The notes beneath the pieces are model-generated. The model saw only the letters and a list, made by a program, of their open reading frames with translations, had not been told where the DNA came from and searched no databases. This document shows positions 46,544-55,444 of a DNA stretch of 64,000 nucleotides, in pieces. Where the stretch lies: IMG/VR virus record IMGVR_UViG_3300027747_002427; one strand, written 5' to 3'. The translations under genes were made by a program, and so were the position numbers. Each line of letters starts with the position of its first letter. The stretch's first letter is position 1. The stretch is from a virus. Its lineage: Duplodnaviria > Caudoviricetes.

Positions 46544-48427
46544 ATGCCAAGAAAATCAAAAGACGAAGAAGACGAAGAAGATGAGGTAGATCTTAATTCT
46601 ATACCTTTAGAGGAGATAGAAAACGCTGATATATTAGCTGACGGCAAATATTTTCAAGGTAATGAAAATATTTTAAGACAAAATGCTACTTTCAAATGGA
46701 CTGAAGAGATGCAATCGGAGCTTAAGCTCTGTATTAAAAGTATCTTACATTTTGCAGAACATCATTTTTATATATCCACCCTTGATGATGGAAAGAAAAG
46801 AATTGAACTTCATAAATTCCAGAAAAGATTATTAAAAGCTTTCAAAGCTAATAGATTTAATATCGTATTAGCCTCGCGTCAGGTGGGTAAAACCACTTGT
46901 ATTACAATTTATGCTCTTTGGTTAGTTTGTTTTCAATCTGATAAAAGAGTTACTATCATTGCTAACAAAGAATCAACTGCAAAAGAAATTTTTAGCAGAA
47001 TTCGTATGGCCTTTGAACAATTACCAATTTATCTCAAGCCTAGTATGAAGTCTTGGAGAAAAGATGGGTTCTTGTTATCTAACGATTCAGCTATTACCAT
47101 TAGTACAACCTCAGCAGCAGGTCCTCGTGGTAGTACAAGTAATCTTCTTATTATTGATGAGATGGCTCACTGTCCAACAGAACTCATGAAAGAACTTTGG
47201 AAATCTGCTATTCCTATTATATCTTCTTCTAAGAAATCTCAAATTGTTGCTATTAGTACACCCAATGGAACTGATAATAAATTTTATGAACTTTATGAAG
47301 AATCCCAAAAGAAAGGAAGTGAATGGCACTTAGAAAGAGTTGATTGGTGGGATGTTCCTGAAAGAGACGAAGAATGGAAAAGAGGAGCTATAGCGGCTTT
47401 GGGTTCGGAAGAAGACTTTGAACAAGAATATGGCAATGCTTTTATTCTCCCGGGTAAGAGTGTTGTAGATACAACCTATCTAGATGAGTTAAAAGCTCAA
47501 GCTAAAGAACCAGTTCTTATTAATGATAATGGTTTTTATAAAATATTTGAATTACCTAAACCAGGTAATCTTTATATCATAGGTGTCGACGTAGGAGAGG
47601 GTATAGGAAGATCAAATACAGTAGCTCAGATTTTGGATGTTACTAATTTACAAGATATTAGACAGGTAGCTATATATGCTACCAATACTATGAGTCCTTT
47701 TCATTTTGGAACAAAGTTGATGAGTGTTTTAACCGATTGGGGAAGACCTCCTATTCTTATTGAAAATAATAACAATGGTCAACAAGTATTAGATGTTCTA
47801 CATCAAACCCATCAATATGAAAATATTGTATCTTATCAATTTGAAGGTAATAGCAAACATTATGATACCGGAAAAAGACTAGGAGTTCATAATCATACTA
47901 ATACAAGATATAAAGGTATTATTAATTTTAGATATTGGTCTAATGGATTAAAAGTGGTAAAATTAAATGATTTAGACACTATATTAGAACTTTATAATTT
48001 TGTTCGTTTGCCTAATTTTACATTTAGTAAAAGAAGTGATAAAGATTTAGATGATAGAGTATTTGGTTTAATTTGGGGGCTCTTTATTTTAGATCCTTCT
48101 TTGGTTTCTAAATATTTTTTATTATCGGAATTGGATGATCAGGGAAGACCTAGTAGAATACAAGCTCTTGTAGATAATTCAGATCTTATATCAAAAAGTC
48201 CTTTACTCATAGGTGGTGGATATACTTTAGAAAAAAAGAGTGCTCCTGTATTGCCTAGTTATGTGCCGGTTAAAGGGCAAGAAGGCAATGCAGTGCTAGC
48301 TGATGAAGCTAAAAATTTATGGATGTGGCTACATACAAATGGTGGTACCGAAAAAGATACGTTCAAAACTCCTCTTCAAGAGGATAAGTCTTCTATAGAA
48401 GAATATAGACCTATTATATTATTTTAA
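46544..48427 (+). CDS. gp17: Terminase large subunit
   Basis: ASRQVGKTT Walker A; LIIDE Walker B; STPNG; FEQEY; IGVDVGEG; DDRV nuclease. Confidence 0.95.
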   Translation: MPRKSKDEEDEEDEVDLNSIPLEEIENADILADGKYFQGNENILRQNATFKWTEEMQSELKLCIKSILHFAEHHFYISTLDDGKKRIELHKFQKRLLKAFKANRFNIVLASRQVGKTTCITIYALWLVCFQSDKRVTIIANKESTAKEIFSRIRMAFEQLPIYLKPSMKSWRKDGFLLSNDSAITISTTSAAGPRGSTSNLLIIDEMAHCPTELMKELWKSAIPIISSSKKSQIVAISTPNGTDNKFYELYEESQKKGSEWHLERVDWWDVPERDEEWKRGAIAALGSEEDFEQEYGNAFILPGKSVVDTTYLDELKAQAKEPVLINDNGFYKIFELPKPGNLYIIGVDVGEGIGRSNTVAQILDVTNLQDIRQVAIYATNTMSPFHFGTKLMSVLTDWGRPPILIENNNNGQQVLDVLHQTHQYENIVSYQFEGNSKHYDTGKRLGVHNHTNTRYKGIINFRYWSNGLKVVKLNDLDTILELYNFVRLPNFTFSKRSDKDLDDRVFGLIWGLFILDPSLVSKYFLLSELDDQGRPSRIQALVDNSDLISKSPLLIGGGYTLEKKSAPVLPSYVPVKGQEGNAVLADEAKNLWMWLHTNGGTEKDTFKTPLQEDKSSIEEYRPIILF

Positions 48428-48430
48428 TTT

Positions 48431-49030
48431 ATGAATCAAGCTACTTTAAATAGATCACGCAGCGACAAGTTCCTTTTGGTACTTGACTTACCTATTGCTT
48501 TAAAAAGTTCTCAGGATACTGTAATACAAGACAAATATTCAGCCGATCAAATACAGTTTACCATTTACGGATCCCCAGTTCCTAAAATTTCAATTCCAGA
48601 AATAAATTTACCATTTGGAGGTCAAGTCTTGAAAGTTTCTAGCATGTCTCGTCCAGCATATCCATCTTTAGATGTAAAATTTCTAGTAGGTAATGGATAT
48701 CAAAATTATTGGATTTTATGGAAATGGTTGAATTTGTTTAATGATTCTCAAAATAGCACTTCAGATTTAAATATGCAGTCTAGTTTTGTAGGAGAAGATA
48801 TTAGATTAACAAATTCTTTGAGACGTTATATTTCTGATTTTACTCTTTTTGCTTTGGATGAATTTGACAATAGGATTATTTCTTTCAAATATACTAATGC
48901 ATTTGTTACTTCTCTAGGTCAAATAAATTATTCTTATCAAGACCCAGCGGAAATAACTTGTGATGTTTCTTTTGCTTATAATCAATTAGAAGTGAAACTT
49001 TTAAAAGATATTAATATATCTTCTTGCTAA
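48431..49030 (+). CDS. Tail tube terminator (gp3-like, tube fold)
   Basis: DKFLLVL, VPKISIP, LDVKFLV..GYQNYWILWKWLN, FKYTNAF. Confidence 0.65.
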   Translation: MNQATLNRSRSDKFLLVLDLPIALKSSQDTVIQDKYSADQIQFTIYGSPVPKISIPEINLPFGGQVLKVSSMSRPAYPSLDVKFLVGNGYQNYWILWKWLNLFNDSQNSTSDLNMQSSFVGEDIRLTNSLRRYISDFTLFALDEFDNRIISFKYTNAFVTSLGQINYSYQDPAEITCDVSFAYNQLEVKLLKDINISSC

Positions 49031-49033
49031 CGT

Positions 49034-50701
49034 ATGGCTAACATTACAATTGCATCTGTAAATCCAGAATCTGGTTCTATTCATATTGCCGGTGCTGAAG
49101 CATCAACAACTCCAGGCAATAATAATGATTTAAAATATGTTTACCAGATAAGAGATCAATTTTATCATTTAGAAACTTGGATGTATAATCAATTTGATGA
49201 TTATAAACCCTTTCAAGTATCTTTCTTTTCTATAGAAGCATTAGCTTTAGAAGAAACATTATTTAATTGGCCTACTAATGGTTGGATGGTTTTAAAAAAT
49301 GATTTTGAATTATTTGAAAGAGGTTCTTTACCAGTCGATAATATAGCTGGTATACCAGCACCTTATATTTTTAGAAGTGATGGTCGTAATAGAATTAATA
49401 TTAAAATATATCCGATACCAAATCCAGCTGGTATAGTAGGAGAATCTATTGATAATCAAGAATTGCCTAGAGATTTGTGGGAAATGAATTTTGATTTTGT
49501 TATATATGATATAGAAGATTTACCAACAGATAATAATCAAAATAAATTACGTAAATTGTATTTTCATGATGAAAGGCTACAAATATTAAAAGAAAGAAAT
49601 ATACAATGGTCTACAGCTAAATACGGACCAAATCAAGGACAATTAGGTACTACAGATAAAGCTAGGGCAATGCCTGTAAGTGATGCTATGAAATCTATAA
49701 TACAAACAGCTGGTTCTAGTAAAAGTGATCCTTTATTTTCTGATTTAAATGTGGGTTATAATGAAAGTCTAGGTTCTATAAGTGATCCTAAAATTCCTTT
49801 AGCTAGTTTCGGAGATTGGGATGAAGGACATGCTCCAAATGGAGAACCAGTCAATATACTTTATACTTCCCCAGCAGGGTCAAATGCTTTAGAAGATTTA
49901 AGTTATTTGTATCAAAATGCAGTTAGTTCTGATGGTACTCCATTAATTTTAGATTTTGGTAGAACTACAGATGATAAAAAATTTCATTTAAGACCTCTTT
50001 CATATTTTTTCAAAAATGCCGAAAAAAATCAAATAGAAAAATTAATATTGGTAGATGGAATATCGCCAGATAAAGCTCTCCCTTATATTCCTAGAGCTCC
50101 TAATATGGCTGGAACCGCTATTCAAAATTTTACATCTGGCATAGCTTCTCTAATTAAAAGTTATAATTTTGCACCTATGGTCGCAACAGATGACGCAAAA
50201 ATAACTAATAAACCTCTTCATAATTTTAATTTTGCTAATTCTGAATTTAATATATATTACGAAGATAACACAGCTGAAAAAATTTCTAAGAATATGGAGG
50301 ATATGGCAAAACAAGGTTTATATGGTCTTAATAATGGAGGTCAATTGTTAATGAATATAAACAAAACCAAGCAAACTGGTTTAATGAATACACCTTATTT
50401 TGAATCTCAGACATTTTTCCCAAAAAATAAACCTGCTATGTTGATGATGAAACAAGCATTATTTTTGAATCAAGCTTTATATTTTCAGGTTCCTGGATTA
50501 ACTTTTAGAACTCCAGGTAAATTTATATTTGTTGACAGAACTTCTTCTAGTGATAACAATCCTTTTGATGATAGATTTTTAGGTCAATGGATGATAATTA
50601 AAGTTGTTCATTTATTTACAAAAGACAATTATGTCAATGATGTAGTTGCTACAAAAATAGATACTTTCAAAAAAATGTGGCCAATTTTAGATAAAAAATA
50701 A
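49034..50701 (+). CDS. Baseplate hub protein (gp27/VgrG-N-like)
   Basis: C-terminal VPGLTFRTPGKFI...GQWMIIKVVHLF; precedes spike genes. Confidence 0.6.
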   Translation: MANITIASVNPESGSIHIAGAEASTTPGNNNDLKYVYQIRDQFYHLETWMYNQFDDYKPFQVSFFSIEALALEETLFNWPTNGWMVLKNDFELFERGSLPVDNIAGIPAPYIFRSDGRNRINIKIYPIPNPAGIVGESIDNQELPRDLWEMNFDFVIYDIEDLPTDNNQNKLRKLYFHDERLQILKERNIQWSTAKYGPNQGQLGTTDKARAMPVSDAMKSIIQTAGSSKSDPLFSDLNVGYNESLGSISDPKIPLASFGDWDEGHAPNGEPVNILYTSPAGSNALEDLSYLYQNAVSSDGTPLILDFGRTTDDKKFHLRPLSYFFKNAEKNQIEKLILVDGISPDKALPYIPRAPNMAGTAIQNFTSGIASLIKSYNFAPMVATDDAKITNKPLHNFNFANSEFNIYYEDNTAEKISKNMEDMAKQGLYGLNNGGQLLMNINKTKQTGLMNTPYFESQTFFPKNKPAMLMMKQALFLNQALYFQVPGLTFRTPGKFIFVDRTSSSDNNPFDDRFLGQWMIIKVVHLFTKDNYVNDVVATKIDTFKKMWPILDKK

Positions 50702-50702
50702 T

Positions 50703-51014
50703 ATGAATAGAGATGAACTCAAAGCTAAATTACAAGAAGCTCACATTCAACGCTTGGCTTCTTCTAATAAAACCCAATATCCTTCTGCTATGCAAATGGC
50801 TAGGAATTTAGGTAGTAGTGTTATTAATAATGCAATGAGTGTTGCTGCTGGAAATAGTCTAAGAGTAGATAATAGTGTTGCTGAAACTAGATTAAATGTT
50901 TGTAAAGGTTGTGAATTTTTTAATCAACTACAAGAAAGATGTGGTAAGTGTGGATGTAATATGGCTGTTAAGACTTACTTGAGAGCGGAGAAATGTCCGG
51001 TAGGAAAGTGGTAA
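50703..51014 (+). CDS. Cys-rich small protein (DUF6171-like)
   Basis: RLNVCKGC...RCGKCGC.M.VK...CPVGKW. Confidence 0.6.
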   Translation: MNRDELKAKLQEAHIQRLASSNKTQYPSAMQMARNLGSSVINNAMSVAAGNSLRVDNSVAETRLNVCKGCEFFNQLQERCGKCGCNMAVKTYLRAEKCPVGKW

Positions 51015-51597
51015 CATAAAAGTCTGCTAAATTTAAAGCTATTTTCTTAATTTCTTTTTTATAAACCTTTAAGTCTTTATATTCTAGTGTAAGAATTATT
51101 TGTTCTGCTAAAGATCTAATAATTTTATTATTAGTAAATTCAAAATTATTGGCTGGTTCTAATCCTTCTCTTTCTATATAAAAAAGAGTTCCTTTAACTT
51201 CATCCTTTAACCACCAAATTTCGTCTTTGGGGTATTCTATGTATCTTATATCTGTTATTATAGATATATTATTCTTTGCAAAGGTTTTATCTGCGCTTAA
51301 TTTCTCTATAAAATAGCGTCCTTTCGTAGTGTTCCTCATTAGTCTGCCATATTCAACAAACATAGGCCTGAGCAAAGTTTTTTCTTTATCACTATTAGTA
51401 TAAACTGATAAATTTGTTTTATCTGATATTAATTTATCTAAATCTTTTCTTATACAATCACCTGCTATAGAAAATCTCTTAGCTTCTAAATTATATTTTT
51501 CTTTAAATGCTTCTATTAAAGCAACACACAAAGAATCTTTGCCTGCTCTTGCGTACCCCGACAAACCAATCGGAGGGTAAAATAAGCTATTTGCCAT
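50968..51597 (-). CDS. Deoxynucleoside monophosphate kinase (T4 gp1-like)
   Basis: IGLSGYARAGKDS P-loop; IITDIRY. Confidence 0.75.
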   Translation of the reverse strand: MANSLFYPPIGLSGYARAGKDSLCVALIEAFKEKYNLEAKRFSIAGDCIRKDLDKLISDKTNLSVYTNSDKEKTLLRPMFVEYGRLMRNTTKGRYFIEKLSADKTFAKNNISIITDIRYIEYPKDEIWWLKDEVKGTLFYIEREGLEPANNFEFTNNKIIRSLAEQIILTLEYKDLKVYKKEIKKIALNLADFYVTTFLPDISPLSSKS

Positions 51598-51621
51598 AAG
51601 TTTTTATATAATATATTAATT

Positions 51622-53064
51622 ATGGCCACTAGTCAATCTACTATTGTAAACAAAGACTCTTTAAAACAATTGGAAGCCTCTTCTGGAATAAAAGCTTCTG
51701 GTACTGGACTTACTTTAGATACCTTTAAAGCTAATGGAGACGGTAATCAGTATGCTGCTAGATTAGATATGCTAGTGAATGGTAAAAAATCTATAGGTCA
51801 TGTTTGGGCTATAGATCAAGGTGATCCATATCCTATAACTGGAGGTACAAGAGGAACATATGTTAATTTTGTAAAATGGTGTAAAGAAAATCATTTATTA
51901 GAAGCATTACAGAAACAAACTCCAGCAGGAACTGCAGGAGAATTAGTTACTGGCGGAATGTTAGGAATTGATACTTTATTGACTTCACAAATGTTCCAAA
52001 ATCCTATTACAGGACCAGCACAAAATGCTCCTTGTTTGGGTGCAGATCTTTTAAATAGTATACACCCTCACATGGTAGAAGGTATAGAAAATTTTTGTAA
52101 TATTATTCGCACAAGATCATATCTATCTTTACCACCAGGGGCTTTTGGAGGATTGAGTTCTTTTCTTTATAAAGTACAGGGAGCTATAAGTGGTTTTATT
52201 CAAGCATTATATAATGTTTATCACGGGGTTTTATTAATGATGCAAAGATTTGCTAATATGATTAACGGACTTTTGCAATCTTTAAATCAATTTATCTATG
52301 ATTTTATTAGTTACTTTATACCATTAGATTTAATTTGTGCTATATTAGGTGCTTTCCAAAGTTTGTTAGATGACGTAGCATTTTTTGCACAACTTTTCGG
52401 AGGAGGTGATGGAATTTTTAATGCAATCAATTCAATTCAAACCGTTATAAATTTTGCTGCTCAAGGTTTAAATTATGCATACAATCCAATATCTTTAGCT
52501 GGTTTGATTCCGGGTGTTAATGATGTATTTAAAGCTTTAAATCAATTATCATCAGATCCAGAAGCTTTCATGGGTCAATTAATTTCTCATTTTGGATTTT
52601 CTGCTGGGGCTGGAAACAAAGCTGTACAAATTGCAAATGCTATTCTTTTACATTATGGGTTAGAAAGTCAATTAGGTCCATTAGGTTCTGTATTGTTGTC
52701 TCAAGGTGTTGCTGGAAATAGCAGTCAATGGTATAGATCTGGTGATACTGGAACCGGTAATTTTGGTAATCTTGCTTATGGTAATGTTATACCAAACCCA
52801 GGTTATATAGATCCAGATAATCCTTTTAGTTTCTTGGACGTAAATTCTAATCCATATTTTAATAAAGCTAAAGCAAACATAGAAGATTTTAAAACTAATG
52901 CGCGCGCTATACCAGCTGCAGCTGGTGCAGCGGCAGCTGAAGTGGGAGCTATACCGGGTAATATTGCAACTTCTGTTGGTAATTTCTTTAATCCTAATGC
53001 AGCTCCTCAACAAGTTGCACCAGTGACTCCAACACCAGTGGTTGCAAATCCAAATAATCCTTAA
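51622..53064 (+). CDS. Unknown probable baseplate/virion protein
   Basis: 480 aa; amphipathic/hydrophobic central helices; sits between hub and spike genes. Confidence 0.45.
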   Translation: MATSQSTIVNKDSLKQLEASSGIKASGTGLTLDTFKANGDGNQYAARLDMLVNGKKSIGHVWAIDQGDPYPITGGTRGTYVNFVKWCKENHLLEALQKQTPAGTAGELVTGGMLGIDTLLTSQMFQNPITGPAQNAPCLGADLLNSIHPHMVEGIENFCNIIRTRSYLSLPPGAFGGLSSFLYKVQGAISGFIQALYNVYHGVLLMMQRFANMINGLLQSLNQFIYDFISYFIPLDLICAILGAFQSLLDDVAFFAQLFGGGDGIFNAINSIQTVINFAAQGLNYAYNPISLAGLIPGVNDVFKALNQLSSDPEAFMGQLISHFGFSAGAGNKAVQIANAILLHYGLESQLGPLGSVLLSQGVAGNSSQWYRSGDTGTGNFGNLAYGNVIPNPGYIDPDNPFSFLDVNSNPYFNKAKANIEDFKTNARAIPAAAGAAAAEVGAIPGNIATSVGNFFNPNAAPQQVAPVTPTPVVANPNNP

Positions 53065-53076
53065 TAATAAAATAAA

Positions 53077-54177
53077 ATGGAGCCAATCAAGGGTATACAT
53101 TTAGGATTAGTAGTTAGTAGTTCTCCGGATCCAGAAGGAAGAAATAGAGTTCAAGTATGGGTACCACATTTATCCAATACACTTTATGGACCTTTAAATC
53201 AAAAATTAAAAGATGTAAAATTTAAAGGCCCAGAAGATTTAAATACTATAGACAAAGACATTTTAATTACTTTACAAACCACATTGCCTTGGGCAGAATA
53301 TGGAGCACCTTTATTTGGAGGTTCTAGCGGAGCTTTTAACACTGCTACCGGACAAACAGCAGTCAATAGTGGTTCTACTTTTCAAGGCAGTGGTAATGCT
53401 GCTCCTTTTTTGCCTACAGCTTCTGCAAATATGAAGACAGATGGTACTAAACCAGCTACGCCTTCTGCTGGAGTTATTACAGCATCAAGAACCCAACCCA
53501 CTCTCACCCAAAGAGGTATTAGTTTTGCCTCTGGAATTATAAATTTGGCTTTACCAGATGGTACAACGAAACAATATCCTTTTAATAATGGCGGTGGTGG
53601 AGCGGGTGCAATACCTGCTGGGAATTACACAATTTCAAATCCTCAAATAAGAAATACACCAGGGATGGTTGTAGATGGAGTAGGTTATTCTTTTAATTTA
53701 AGTGATATTTATGATCCAGCAGCCGGTCGTAATAGAACTGAACTTCGTATACATCCAGATGGAGGGGCTACAGGAACCGCTGGATGTATTGGTATTGTAG
53801 GTGATGGTAATACTCAATCTCAATTTTATAAAGATTTAAATTCCGTTTTAGCAGCTAATGGTGGTGTTTATAATTTAAACATAGTAAATGATCTTCCGGG
53901 AGATGGAACTGGTAAAATTAATGATCCGGATCCTACAAAACCAAGTGTTTCTACTGGTAGTACATCTGGAGCAAAAGGTGTAGTATATCCAGATAGATCT
54001 GCTGCTGTAGGTTGTGTTCCAAGTAATGTAGGTACACCGGGATCTCCTGTAGGAACTTTTTCTACTCCTAATGGTGGAACAAAAGTTTGGGTGTTCTTCA
54101 TGGGCGGCGATGCTCAGAGACCAGTTTATTTTGCTCAGTCCCCTAATCCAGGAGATGTAAATGCTTTACGCGGTTAA
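53077..54177 (+). CDS. gp5-type OB-fold protein with inserted Tlde1/L,D-transpeptidase-like domain
   Basis: GLVV...DPEGRNRVQVW...LPWAE and PNGGTKVWVFFMGGD..PVYF OB halves; insert IPAGNY...RIHPDGGATGTAGCIG. Confidence 0.8.
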   Translation: MEPIKGIHLGLVVSSSPDPEGRNRVQVWVPHLSNTLYGPLNQKLKDVKFKGPEDLNTIDKDILITLQTTLPWAEYGAPLFGGSSGAFNTATGQTAVNSGSTFQGSGNAAPFLPTASANMKTDGTKPATPSAGVITASRTQPTLTQRGISFASGIINLALPDGTTKQYPFNNGGGGAGAIPAGNYTISNPQIRNTPGMVVDGVGYSFNLSDIYDPAAGRNRTELRIHPDGGATGTAGCIGIVGDGNTQSQFYKDLNSVLAANGGVYNLNIVNDLPGDGTGKINDPDPTKPSVSTGSTSGAKGVVYPDRSAAVGCVPSNVGTPGSPVGTFSTPNGGTKVWVFFMGGDAQRPVYFAQSPNPGDVNALRG

Positions 54178-54179
54178 AA

Positions 54180-55430
54180 ATGGAACCTGATTACGACATA
54201 CATTTAGGTTTAGTAGTTAGTAGTTCTCCAGATCCTGAAGGAAGAAATAGAGTTCAAGTTTGGATTCCTTATTTGTCTAACACGCTTTATGGACCTTTAA
54301 ATCAAAAATTAAAAGACGTGCATTTTAAAGGACCAGAAGATTTAAATAATATAGATAAAGATATTTTAACTATATTACAAACCACATTACCTTGGGCAGA
54401 ATGCGCCGCTCCTTTGTTCGGTGGTTCTAGTGGAGCTTTTAACACTGCTACCGGGCAAACAGCAGTCAATAGTGGTTCAACAGTTCAAGGTAGTGGTAAT
54501 GCTGTTCCGTCTTTACCTACTGCAACACCAAATATGAATGTCACCGGGATCAAACCAGATAATATTAATGGTTCTTACGGAAATGCTAGTAGTCTTGGTC
54601 TTCCTTCTGGTTGGAATAAAGAATCTGCTTATGATAAACAAGGTAGACTTGCTACAAAAGGTAATACATTACAATTTATATCAGCTCAAGAGTTGCACAA
54701 TATAAATTTAAATGCAGCACAAAATGGAGGTCTAGCAGGTTTAGCTGCTCCGAAAGATTCTAGTTATTTTACACCAGGTACAACAACAACTGCTGCTCAA
54801 TGGGCAAATTATATGGATGCTATAGCTTTGCATGAAAACGTCGGTCTTGGAGGAGGTAAGGGAGGAGGTACATACTCTTCAGTAAATGGTTATATACCAA
54901 TTAATGTAACATATAATGAAGGTTATAAAAACAATGGACCGATACATTGGTCTGAAGGTATATATCAAATGACTGTAGGGGAAAATGGATTGAATAGTGA
55001 TAACATTTATGATCCAAATGCTCAGGCAGCAGCTTTTACACAAAGAGCACGAGATTTTGCAGTTATAGCAGGTGCTAAAAAAGGAGATTGGTCAATAGGT
55101 GATAGTGGTATTGCTGCTTATGGATGGAACAGGGCTGCAAATGATGTAGCAGCAGCAAATGGTAATAATTCTAATGATTTATTAAATAATGTTTCTTTGC
55201 CTCAAGGTGCACAAAGTAATGGAACCCGACCAATAACTTATACGGATAAATCAGCAGCAGTAGGTTGTCAACCCAGCAATGTAGGTGCACCTGGTGCTCC
55301 TGTAGGAACCTTTTCTATCCCAAATGGTGGAACAAAAGTTTGGGTATTCTTTATGGGTGGAGATATACAAAAGCCGGTTTATTTTGCTCAAGCCCCAAAT
55401 CCCGGGGATATAAATGCCCTACGAGGTTAA
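54180..55430 (+). CDS. gp5-type OB-fold paralog with inserted lysozyme/SLT-like domain
   Basis: Same OB halves; insert AIALHEN...SEGIYQM...IYDPNAQAAA. Confidence 0.72.
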   Translation: MEPDYDIHLGLVVSSSPDPEGRNRVQVWIPYLSNTLYGPLNQKLKDVHFKGPEDLNNIDKDILTILQTTLPWAECAAPLFGGSSGAFNTATGQTAVNSGSTVQGSGNAVPSLPTATPNMNVTGIKPDNINGSYGNASSLGLPSGWNKESAYDKQGRLATKGNTLQFISAQELHNINLNAAQNGGLAGLAAPKDSSYFTPGTTTTAAQWANYMDAIALHENVGLGGGKGGGTYSSVNGYIPINVTYNEGYKNNGPIHWSEGIYQMTVGENGLNSDNIYDPNAQAAAFTQRARDFAVIAGAKKGDWSIGDSGIAAYGWNRAANDVAAANGNNSNDLLNNVSLPQGAQSNGTRPITYTDKSAAVGCQPSNVGAPGAPVGTFSIPNGGTKVWVFFMGGDIQKPVYFAQAPNPGDINALRG

Positions 55431-55444
55431 TTATAATTAAATAT

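Noticed and set aside
26739-48427. Introns or inteins in nrdA, nrdB or terminase
   Set aside because: All are continuous, of normal length, with no intein or homing-endonuclease motifs.
53077-55430. Diversity-generating retroelement template/variable repeat pair
   Set aside because: Differences are mostly synonymous and not adenine-specific, both copies are full genes, and no reverse transcriptase is in the window.
55265-55444. 5' extension of the 738-aa ORF
   Set aside because: It overlaps the conserved C-terminal block of 54180..55430; MPKPIDY at 55445 is the plausible start.
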